A DNA stretch of 64,000 nt from Thalia democratica (lineage: Eukaryota): NCBI GenBank assembly GCA_965202585.1, contig OZ241828.1:36394001-36458000 (forward strand), given 5' to 3'. A program made the translations under genes and the position numbers. Under the pieces are notes generated by a model. The model was not told where the DNA came from, did no database searches, and was given only the letters and a program-made list of their open reading frames with translations. Below, piece after piece: positions 1-10,398 of the stretch. The stretch's first letter is position 1, and each line of letters starts with the position of its first letter.

Positions 1-634
1 CCTTCTTCGTTTAAAATAAGTTCGATATTGAAGATGTTCGAAAAATCAGAAGTATATATTAAATAACACTGTTTCCTTAGATTTTAAAGTATTGTACTGT
101 TTTTAATCTTACTTTTTGTAACATTTTTTAAAGTCCTTTAGGTCGGCTCAATGAAAATTGATTTAGTTTATTTAATACTTTTAGCTTTTATGTATAATAT
201 AGCTGATAAAGTTTTCAAGAAACTTTAATTATCCATTCGAAATGATATTAACTACAAATAAATTTCGAACAAACTACTAAAAAAGTTTGAAAAGTAATAA
301 TTGTGTAAAAGAAAAACAAAGCTTACACTATACTGTTTATAAAACCTTATAAAATCAATTGTGTGTAAAGTTGAAAAAAAAAGAATGTCTAAAATACACT
401 TTTTGTAAAATACTCATTTTAAAATAAACATTCCTATCGTTTATAGTCAAATAAAAGAAAATTAGAATCTAGATTTTTCAGTTTTTTATTAATCAAAGTG
501 AGTATTCAAAGTATCAATGCTGAAGAATCTAAAAAAACAAATAAACATTAATTTTTTTTTTTTTTAATTAACAGCAAACTAATTATTCGGAAACAATGAC
601 TTCATATAAACGCAGTGGGACCAAATTAATATTG

Positions 635-880
635 TTCTTCTTCAATTATTTAAAAAAGACAAATATCTTTCGAAGCGACAGTCACTTTGAAGTCGTCACA
701 TGAAAGCAAATTGCCACAATTAAGGTATTAATACAACGATAACGACAAGTCGCCTCAAGCTTTAAACAAAGTCAACATCAAAATAGTTGAAAATGAGCGT
801 TTCAAATAATAAACTGCTGCAGTTGATATAATTGGCTTTATCGGAATTTTCCATCAGCTTTGAGCTGTGTGAACGTTTGA
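635..880. promoter_or_regulatory. Paralog-conserved non-coding block, intron 4 (partner ~46378-46635)
   Basis: Shared core GAAAGCAAATTGCCACAATTAAGGTATTAATACAACGATAACGACAAGT. Enhancer role is inferred. Confidence 0.6.
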
Positions 881-1159
881 AGTTTTCTTTTTGTTGTAAA
901 AATAAGTAACTGCTTTATAACAATATTTGTTTTGACTAAAAATTATTTCAAAATTTTCTAAAACAATAAAAAGTCAATATCAAGACTTTATTAGACCTCT
1001 CGTTATTATTGTTTTAAAGAGACTATAAAAGTTATTCTTCTTTGACGACATACTTTAGCTGCCGAACGCCATTTTCTACAACACATATATTGAAAACAAA
1101 CAATGAATATTATAAAAAAAGTCTACCAGTTTTCAAAATCATGTAAATTCAACGAACAG

Positions 1160-1557
1160 ACGCATACACGGGTCAAATAGTTCCAGGACAGAACGTGGAC
1201 CACGGTCGCAGGGGAGGACACAATTCATCGGGGGAGCGCGGCAAGGATCAAGGGGCAAGCAGCAAGAGGAGAGGCAAGACGACGAGACAGAGGACGGTGC
1301 TGAACGAGAAGCAGCTGACGGTGCTGCACACCTTCTACGACAACAACTGCAGGCCCGACGCCATCATGAAGGAGCAGCTGACCGCCATGACCGGCCTCCC
1401 TCAACGAGTCATCAGGGTGTGGTTCCAGAACAAGCGGTGCAAGGACAAGAAGAGATCGATCGCGCTCAAGCAGCAGCAACAGCAGAAGATGGAGCAGCAG
1501 CAGATGAGGAACGGCGAGGGAGGGGAGCAGCAGAATTCCAGGCAGCAAAAGCAGCAG
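1160..1557 (+). CDS. isl: Islet copy A, exon 5: homeodomain (1279-1458) plus Q-rich tail
   Basis: Acceptor AACAG| at 1159 and donor CAG|GTTGGC at 1558. Phases are 1 and 0. Translates (D)AYTGQ...[14 protein letters not shown]...[17 protein letters not shown], the Islet homeodomain signature. The boundaries are the same in copy B. Confidence 0.96.
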
Positions 1558-2517
1558 GTTGGCTGGTTTGATATTAAATAAAAAAAAGTTAAGAACTTGC
1601 TTTTGAAAAAAATAATTTAAGTACTGTAGATTTAGAAGAACTTTTTTTTTTGTTATGCTTTTAGTTTGCTAAAATTAATAAGAATATGCTTTTACTTTTG
1701 CTAAAGTAATTTTATTACGCGTGAATGAAAACGTGTGTCAGAAAAAAAATTATTCATTGCCCTGATTTATTTTTTTGCTTAAAATTCCAAGTTTTTTTTT
1801 GTAGATATTTTAAGACTTTAAAAATGTAGCTAGATACTCAGAAAATTTTTTTAATTCTAAGGTTGTCTTTTATTATACAGTCTTAACATGTTTAACCTTT
1901 ACAAACCATAAAAATCTCTTTAATTTTATTTAGTCTTTCTCTTTAGTCATATAAGTTATTTAATTTGTAGCATTAAACAAGTAATAGCATTTTTTTTTAA
2001 TTTATTTTTTCTACTAGAATTAATAGTTTCAGATATTGTTTTTTACTAGTAAAACAAAAGGTTGATTGATATTGAAAATTTTAAAAAATACACCTGTTAT
2101 AATTAACTAAAAAAGTATTTAAATACCATGCTTTTTTATGAAAAATTAAGAAATTGAATACTTACAATAAGAGCAGACGCAAATTATTTGTTATCGGATT
2201 TATTACTGTTTAGTATCAAATATATTTAAAAAAAAAGTGTACAAATGTTAAAAAATCTTATTTATAAAACAAATAAAACAAGATTAAGTTAAGAAATAAA
2301 TAATTATTGAATTTTTAGTAAATGGCATTTAAAAATAATTAATTAAATACTTGATTTTAAAACATTGTAAAGCATGTTTTGTTACATAATTTTAACAAAA
2401 AACATCGGCGAAAGTCTGCAGAAAAAAAGTCCGGACTTTCGTTTGCCGTGAGACAAGCTCAAATTTAACAAAAGGGTTGATCATGCCAATTCGATCATCA
2501 GACCACAAGTTTCGGTA

Positions 2518-2560
2518 GACTGAGACCGGTTACGTCCTTATTAGGACTCATCAGTCAGTC
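2518..2560 (-). ncRNA. Minimal hammerhead ribozyme, core-mutated copy (GAAA to GTAA)
   Basis: Reverse complement reads GACTGA CTGATGA GTCC TAATAA GGAC GTAAC CG GTC TCAGTC. The single arm mismatch (2532) falls in the conserved GAAA. Confidence 0.8.
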
Positions 2561-2643
2561 ACAACCGAAAAACCTGTAGTCGTCAATCTACAAACGGTTT
2601 ATCATGCTTTCACATGAAGCAACCATTTGCTGGCAATGGTGCT

Positions 2644-2686
2644 GACTGACTGATGAGTCCTAATAAGGACGAAACCGGTCTCAGTC
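2644..2686 (+). ncRNA. Minimal type I hammerhead ribozyme, intact core
   Basis: Stem I GACTGA/TCAGTC; core CTGATGA; stem II GTCC-TAATAA-GGAC; GAAA; palindromic helix III ACCGGT; GTC cleavage triplet ending at 2680. Confidence 0.9.
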
Positions 2687-2984
2687 TACCGAAACTTGTG
2701 GTCTGATGATCGAATTGGCATGATCAACCCTTTTATTACATAATTTTATTTACATATTTTATCTGATACATACACGTTGCACCACTGTTGCTTTTTTAAT
2801 GTAGTATTTGAGACACAGTCAATTAACATTTTAATATTAATGCAGTACATGCTTTCAAAATAGCCTTCAAATATTCATTTCACACACTTATTTCTGTAAT
2901 TAATGTTTATTTAGTTCCCAGTCACTCATAAAACCTTATTTTAAATTTGTCGGTCAATACATTCAATAGCTTATATTGAACTTT

Positions 2985-3235
2985 TACACCGATTAATGCC
3001 GACTCTTGTCCCTTTACCAACTAAAATCTTCTCGCTTGTATTTGAGCTACAGCATGTTGCTTTCGAAAGTTCTTGCCAAATTTCACGCCTATATAGCCAC
3101 CCATTAATCCTCAACACCAGAGTCTTATGACGTCATAATCCAATGCATTTCGCACAGCTGCAGTTTGTAAGAGCTTGCCTTTTATTGTTTTTATTTTAAA
3201 GTTGCTGACCGTCTACGCTTACTTGGTTAATAAAA
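2985..3235. promoter_or_regulatory. Paralog-conserved block, intron 5 (partner ~48300-48545); contains a CRE and a candidate microexon
   Basis: 59 nt identical between copies: GTCTTATGACGTCATAATCCAATGCATTTCGCACAGCTGCAGTTTGTAAGAGCTTGCCT. Confidence 0.65.
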
Positions 3236-3834
3236 AATTGCTCTTTCAACAGATTGAGGTTAAGTGTTATAAGAAGGTTTAAAACTAATAACTACTTGAC
3301 AAATATTTATAAAAACTTTCCACTAAAACCAAATACATCGAAAGAGCTTCAAACACAAAACTAAAACTGATTTAAGTATGTCTTATTTAAAACATAAGTA
3401 TAAAACTGCATCCTTTAGTAATTTATTTTATCGGATTGATCTACTTTTTAAAGTTAAAGCTTAAAAAAATAAATTTTAGTTTCTTTTCTCAGTAAAATTT
3501 TAGATTTTTAAAAACTGTTTTTATTACATGATTTATAGGTTTAACAAAAAAGCTTGTTTTGTTACTTAAAAGAATGATGCAAGTAATCAATTTAAACGTA
3601 CTATTGTTAGTAATTTTTCTCTTTTTCCGTTTAAAAATAATAAAAATACAGTATTTTTTTTAATAAAACCATACAAATTTTTCAATTTTTTAAAAAACTT
3701 ATACATTTAAACTTTATTACCTTTAAACTTACTAACGACGGTTTTGATAATCAATTCTATAATTCGAAGATAATAAAATTTACTAGGTTGACAAAATAAA
3801 AAAAACAAATAATACTCTAGTTGGCGTAACCGAC

Positions 3835-4015
3835 AATTTCGCACTTTTACATCTTAGCACTGGTTAAAGACGTGATTATGATAAACGACACCCATTTGCG
3901 TTGCCCTGACAATGGTTGCCATATGTTTAAAACGCTCATTTAGGAAGTAGTTACCATAGAAGCGTTTGACCATAGAAGCGTTTTAATTTATCGCCCATAA
4001 TGTTGGTTTTATGTT
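3835..4015. promoter_or_regulatory. Paralog-conserved block, intron 5 (partner ~49158-49335)
   Basis: GACGTGATTATGATAAACGACA.CCATTTGCGTTGCCCTGAC.ATGGTTGCCATATGTT is shared. Confidence 0.6.
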
Positions 4016-4549
4016 TGTGAAAAAAATACAACCATTTTTTTATTCCTTATATTCTAAATGTGATATACTACTGATAAGTTTTTTTTAATACAAAATACGC
4101 AAATATAACCAATATAGATTTAAAATTTTTGCTATTTATAGAGATAATGATAGTAAAAAAACACATGTACTTGATTTTACTAGTTTTAGGCTAAAAAATT
4201 ATCCGAATTATTTTACCCCTGTTGTCTAAAGTTATGATTTAGATTTTAGGTAAACCTTCCTGAACATTAAAACTTGACTTTGTTGTGATAAGTGTGTAGC
4301 ATATTTTAAATGGTGAATAAACAGTTTGAAATTAGAAGTGACTGTAACAGGAAAAAAAATGCAACTAAGCCTATTTCAAGTTTAAGTAAGGCTGTAATTT
4401 AAGTAGCTTCTCTGCTAATCTGACTTAGATAATAATCTTTTCTTTCTTTACACCTGCCTAAAAATAAGCTGCTAAGCAAAAAAAAAAAAAAAACTAAAAA
4501 AAATAGATCTACGAAGCAACTCATTTATTTTTAATCATCTTGGGTTTGG

Positions 4550-4720
4550 AAGCGCGTGGCAACTTTTTTAAAAATACACGTTGTTACGTCACAAAGTTCA
4601 GAAAAAGGTCAAAGAAGCCAAACCGCTCTTTTTTGTTGTTGGCGCCACGATGCAGGGACAAAGTATCTAAATATTCATGAGCTCATCGATCAGTGTGATC
4701 AGAGATGATGAATGTCTTCG
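4550..4720. promoter_or_regulatory. Paralog-conserved block, intron 5 (partner ~49633-49785)
   Basis: Shared GAAGCGCGTGG...GTTGTTACGTCA...TTGTTGTTGGCGCC.CGATGCAGGGAC...ATATTCATGAGCTCATCGATCAGTGTGATC. Confidence 0.6.
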
Positions 4721-5318
4721 TCTTATTCGTTTTTATCTAAAAAAGCTGTGAATGACAAGAGTTGACTCTTACATCTTTCTTAACAATGAATCACAATCCA
4801 GTTTTTCGGTAAATAAAAAATGTGGTTTTGAGTAAAACTGTAAATAAATATGAACAAATTTTTTTATGCAAGCATTTTAGCAAGTGATCAATTATTAACT
4901 TGATCTCATCACACGCAATTTCGTTATCTACTTGTGCTTCCAAAGTTTCGATAAAATAAAGTTTATTGACACAAAAATAGAAACATAAACAAATGAAGTA
5001 TCGAAGTTTTTAATGAAAATCACTTGTAAAATACGAATAACTATGAATACTTTTAACCCTTTTACGAGTAATAGTAAGACGACTGTACTAATCTTAAGTG
5101 ACTTTTCAGATAAAGGTTCTCTTAACCTTAATTTTTTACGAAAACCACTTTTACAAGTTTGATTTAGATTTAGTTTGATCAGTTATGACATTATTTTGAC
5201 ATTGTTAATGTAATTTGAGTGCTTGAAGTAAGAAGTTTAAAAGTTCTAAACTCAGATTAAAAAATAACGTTTGTAACAAATGAATTTGTATGAGGAAACT
5301 AAGATAATAAAACTTTTT

Positions 5319-5423
5319 AAAACATACGTTTATAAAACTTCTAAAGATATGCTAAATATCTAAATCATTTCAAAACATACGTTTATAAAATTTCTAAAGA
5401 TATGCTAAATATCTAAATCATTT
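5319..5423. repeat. Two-copy direct tandem duplication, period 53 bp
   Basis: AAAACATACGTTTATAAAAyTTCTAAAGATATGCTAAATATCTAAATCATT occurs twice. Only one diverged copy is present in copy B (~50415-50460). Confidence 0.9.
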
Positions 5424-6498
5424 TCGAATTTCAAATCATGTAAGTTTTTTGGTTTTTAATACTTAATATAAAAACTTTGTGTAAGGAGGGGGTTTTAGAA
5501 CAAAAAATTATGTTAAAGAACATTTTTGTATTAAACGTCTATTTTTTCAATCGGGTTTAAAAAGGTAATTAATGCTCTAAAACAGCTCAAGAAATTAAAA
5601 CTAGTCTTATTTTAGGTTTATGTAAACAATTGACAGCTTATAATTTTTTTAATAAATTAACATCATCAGAAATGCATAAAATATTCATTGAAAACTTTCA
5701 TGACTGTAGTCTTAGTAGTACAACATGCATTTAATTATTTTATTATAAAATCCAATTTTGCCAATTGCATTTCGCTATTGCAAGATTATGGCGTAGTTTG
5801 CTTGGTATAAAAATTGAAATTTTTTTAACTTGGTTCGCAATTTGAATTTTTTTGTGGAAATATAAATAAATTTCATGATGATTTAACTGCTTTTTTTTAG
5901 TATACGTTCTTAATTAAATCATAATTCAAAAAAGATTACGACAAATTTGTCTTATTATTATTATTTTATACATTGCTACGATAATATTTCTATTTATAAT
6001 TTTTAGTCGAACTAGCATTCTATTCTAAAATAAGTACTTAAAACAGTCAAACTAATCTGAAGAAAAAAAAGCATTGCAAATAAATGATAGACTAGCTGTG
6101 CATAAGTTAAAAAAACCCTCAAACCAAGCCTGCACGCAAAAAACCCTCAAATCCCCACCAAGCCTGCATTCTACAGCCACAGTGACGTCATAATCACAAG
6201 TAGCGCGCAAGTGTGCTGAGTGTCTCTCATCAGAAAATCAGTAAAACCATCTTTAGAATAAAAGAAGATAGTTTTTCTTGTATTGATTTGAAAAGTCCTT
6301 CATCGATTATTTATTGTGGCAGTGTAATTGTAATAGACAGTTTTAAGCTTGCTTAATTTTTGATTGGGATTGTTGTTAGTTGTTTTAAATATTAAATACT
6401 TTCTTGCTCACCTTTTTCAAAGAACTTTAAGATGTTGTAATTTAAATTAGTTGTAAAAAAGTAGCCTTATTTTTTTTTAAACGCTGTACTTATTTAAG

Positions 6499-6693
6499 AA
6501 CAAAGCATCCAGCTCAAATAATGGACCTAACCAGTCAGACCAGCCGGTCAGCATTCCAGGACAAAATTCAAACCAGTCCATTGACCAGTCGAGGGGTTAC
6601 CACCATCATCAGAAGCAGCAGCAGCCGGCTTGGAAGGCGCTGAGTGATTTTGCACTGCAGAGCGAAATAGAAAAACCCCCGTTTCAGCAGCTG
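6499..6693 (+). CDS. isl: Islet copy A, exon 6 (C-terminal conserved motif)
   Basis: TTTAAG| acceptor, 65 codons NKASSS...QQQPAWKALSDFALQSEIEKPPFQQL, then |GTTTGT donor, phase 0/0. Matches the Islet PWKxLSDFALQSDIDxPxFQQL motif. Confidence 0.93.
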
Positions 6694-7945
6694 GTTTGTT
6701 TGTATTTTGTTTTGTAAAGAGTATAGTATGATTGTTTTTGATAGAAATATTGTCGTTAAAACAACGTTTTTATATTGTCATATAATCAACTGTATTTATA
6801 TGGAAAATAAATTATTCTGCACATTGAAAAAGCATTTTTTTTAAGTTTGATCAATTAGTTTAAAAAAAAAAAAATAAATGGCTGCCTCTCTTTGATAAAA
6901 AACTGATTTTCATTTAGAAACTTTTTCGCATACATGTAAGATAAAAATGAAGATTTTAGTTATCTTTTAATTGTTGTACTTGGCGTTTTATTTCAAAATC
7001 TGAAGAATTAAAGTTACTCTTCAAACTTTTAAGTTTTTTATAACTTTTTTAATTATTATTTTTTTTTTATTACAGCAAGTTTGAATTATCTGATATCAAA
7101 ATTTTACTAAAATCTTTAACTTTTATCTATTTTGTACGCAATAAGTCACACATAACGTTGTGTACTTTTTAATTTTAAAGTTCAAACTAACCTTGCTAAA
7201 TATTTGATAGTTTTTCGTTAGACCTATTTGTTTTGAAAGCTAGGAAAATATCATAAAAATGTTGTGAAATAAACTAAAACGTTTACTGACGGTATTATAT
7301 CGGGCATTATCTACTTATTTAGTTGTTGAAGTGACTTTGTAAAAATACTGGTATGAAATAGTTTTTAAAAACTTTTGTTTCTTAAAAATACTTTTATTTT
7401 AAAGTTTATATTTAACTTTTACAATCGTAGTTTAAAAGCCAAGTTCGAAAAAAGCAATTGAAAGACAAACTTAAGCATACTTGTTAATTTTGTTAAAATT
7501 TTTAATACAAAATCTGATGTTTATTCATTGTAATTTTTATCAAGAAGATCTTAAACTAAATTTTAAAGAAAACAAAAAGTACAAAGTGTGTAAATATTAC
7601 ATTAAATATAACATTGGTACCAGATATGCATAGGTTTAGACTGTTACATAAGTATTTAATAAAAATAACATTTATTAAATTAAACAAACAAATTCAATTC
7701 AAGACATAAGTTAATTATAGAAGTTACTGATTCAGGATTACATCTGAAAAAACTTTTTAAACTAATATTCAACCAATGTTTTTTTTTAATCAGTGTATTT
7801 TCAGTAACCTGGCATTTCATTAGGATAGTAATTTGACTACTTAGTGACTACTAATTACAAGTTAAGTTTGAACGCATAATCATTTAAAGACAAATTTTAA
7901 ATTTATCAAAATATTAAAAGCGAAAAACACTAAATGGTTTTTCAG

Positions 7946-8075
7946 GTGAGCAACTTCTCAGATCAGGCTCCCTCTTCAATGTCTGATTGTTCGGAGGTTT
8001 GCAGCATCCCCTCCGTATCCTCCCAAAGTTACTCAACTAACTCTTGCGCTACTCCACCACATCTTGTCACAGAAA
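7946..8075 (+). CDS. isl: Islet copy A, exon 7
   Basis: TTTTTCAG| acceptor; VSNFSDQAPSSMSDCSEVCSIP... resembles the Islet V-NFS...SEVxS tail. It ends at donor A|GTAAAT (8076), or reads through to TAA at 8081-8083 if the intron is retained. Confidence 0.85.
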
Positions 8076-8155
8076 GTAAATAATTATAAAACATTTATAT
8101 GAACGTCGCAGTATGCTCCTTTTTGTTAAGATATTTTACTTAACTACGTATACAG

Positions 8156-8181
8156 AGTCAAAGATCGTATTTACTGGCTGA
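8156..8181 (+). CDS. isl: Islet copy A, putative terminal coding exon 8 ((K)SKIVFTG*) followed by a conserved 3' UTR to ~8340
   Basis: 80-nt intron with a CTTAAC branch-like motif and a TATACAG acceptor. Donor position, branch motif, acceptor and peptide are all conserved in copy B. Confidence 0.6.
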
Positions 8182-9909
8182 ACAAAGACATCGAAAGAAA
8201 GCTGCAATCGAACAATTCGATGAAGACGAGACTCAATCAGTTCAATAAGCTGAAGGCGCATGTTCAGATGTTTTCACACTAAAAATTTACCAAGCTGAAG
8301 CAGGTGGTCAAAAGGGAAAACACCAAAACCAAAACATTTTCTAACTTCATTCCGGTTAATAAAGTAAGCAATTTTTTCCAAACGTAAATATTTTTTTTTA
8401 AAACTAAGTACAGTTTACATCAATAAAGATTTTAAACAATGAACATCAATTTTGTTCTTCAAATTTTAAAAGAGTTGCAATATAATTTAAGGTAAGAGTT
8501 CAAACGGCTGAACTAATCCTGCTTAAATGATCCAAGTATTTACCATTTCTTAATTAATTTTATAAAAAATCTCGACTGTTTAAAATCAACAGATTTCTCA
8601 AACTATTTCACAAAGAAATCACAAGAGATCGGTTTGTTCGACCCTAAGTGCAGAAAACTACTGCTGACTTTCATGAAGCCTTTGATATCAGAAGAGAAGT
8701 AATAATGTCACCAGAAAAATCAGAAGAAAAAACAAACTGTTTTTTTAATAAAACAAACAGAAAAGACAAACTGCATTCAAATTAAAGCTACTTTGTTAAC
8801 AAAAAGATTATTTGAAATTATAGCTTGTTTGTAGGCTCTTTTTTTTTCAAGTTCCGCATTTTTATCAAACATCTAAGAAAAAAAAAACTAAAACACGCAC
8901 TTTATCTAAAAATAAAAACAAATTATATACTTAAGCTTCATTCAATATATTAAAGTTGTGTGCTTTTAAATGTCATCAGCTTCAAATAAAACTGTCAACT
9001 TCTACTTTTATAATGTTATATTACTATTTAGTTATTATAAACTAAATATCATTTAATTTAGTACATAACATTTTGATGCTTAAGTGTTCATCGTTATATG
9101 AAATAATTGTGTCAAAAAACTAATTGCCTTCAAAACAGTAAAATTCTTTTATGAAACAAATAATTCTTGTATGAAAATCAGTTTATAACTCTAAATATTA
9201 CACTTAAAAACTTATAGCTTAAATATAAAAGATCTTTTTTTTTATATATTTGCTCATAATAAAGTTTAATTGAAACCCATTATAGCCAATGATATTAAAT
9301 TAGTAAGACAGCAGTTAATGAAGTTTAAATATTTTAAAATAAAAGTACTGATTAAAAACTTAGTAAAAATAACAATGTTTAGGTATTGATTATTTCCCTG
9401 TTTGATTAAATTTTACGGACAATTATGATAAACAAAACCAGTTTAGCTTGAAGAAATTTGTTTGCTGTTTTAAGTTAACAACTTAATGAAATTACATACA
9501 TCAAATATTATTTTAAAATAACTTATTAAACGAGCTACTATTGCAAATAATTAATGATAAATTAATTATAAATACAAAAACTTTAATCTTGTATCCTTGC
9601 AAGAAAAAGCATTTTAAATTTAAGAAAGATTCTTTTTATCGAAAACAAGCTGAATTCAAGTGAGTACTTCTCTTTTTTAAGGTTTAAATTTTTAAGCTTA
9701 AGCTAGAACTATATTCAAATAGTTTTTAATTCAAAACTAGAATGTAAAAACGAATAAATTAAGTTGCCACAAAATTATTTTATACGTAATGATAAAATTT
9801 TAGGTAGGTTTTATTGTATAATTTTTTTTTTAGTATAACTTCTAAGTTAAACATTTAAACTAAAAAAAAAAAAAATTAAAGTAATAAAACTTTAAATAAT
9901 AGAAAACTT

Positions 9910-9975
9910 TATTATTGTTTATTATGCAACGTTGGGCTCATGTATCAAAACCTGAGCCATTAAAACAGAACATAA
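9910..9975 (-). mobile_element. LINE/SINE-like 3' tail fragment
   Basis: Reverse complement matches 43425-43500 (GGCTCAGGTTTTGAT..TGAG.CCAAC.TTGCA.AATAAAC plus TAA repeats) at roughly 80% identity. Confidence 0.5.
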
Positions 9976-10213
9976 ACGAAGGACAAAATACAAAAGTTTA
10001 ATAATAAATTGGCACGTAACTATATCGTTTAAATTTAAAATAGTGATAAAAAATTGAGAAACATAGGTTTTTTTTTTGCTTTAAAGCAAATACGAAAACT
10101 ATCATACAAAAGAGCACAAGCTTTACAGTATATAGATATTTATAAGAAGTACGACTAAAAATGATAATATAATTAAACAAAACAACTTAAAAGTAAATTA
10201 CTAAAAACATAAC

Positions 10214-10398
10214 TTTTAAGAAAGTTTATAGAATGTTCAGAAGTTTTAATGGAATTTTTTTTTTAATACTATTAAAAAATCTCAAAATACAATATATAAT
10301 ATAAATTTTTAAGAAAGTTTATAGAATGTTCAGAAGTTTTAATGGAATTTTTTTTTTAATACTATTAAAAAATCTCAAAATACAATATATAATATAAA
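10214..10398. repeat. Perfect two-copy tandem duplication, period 93 bp
   Basis: TTTTAAGAAAGTTTATAGAATGTTCAG...TACAATATATAATATAAA is repeated identically. Confidence 0.92.

Larger units (their letters stand above)
2395..2735. mobile_element. Truncated Penelope-like (pLTR-type) insertion with inverted repeat, intron 5 of copy A
   Basis: 13-bp direct repeat TTACATAATTTTA at 2382-2394 and 2736-2748. 92-bp inverted arms at 2470-2561 and 2643-2734 with 1 mismatch. The arms contain minimal hammerheads. Not seen in the homologous intron of copy B (~48000-48100). Confidence 0.75.

Noticed and set aside
1225-1548. 107-aa antisense ORF (and its twin at 47005-47328)
   Set aside because: A shadow frame of the GC-rich homeobox exon. 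The Leu runs are the reverse complement of CAG/AAG codons.
1195-1581. Single-exon 128-aa and 167-aa ORFs (also 46861-47364) as complete genes
   Set aside because: They are internal exons. The starts are GTG/TTG or intronic, and the ends run past the conserved donors.
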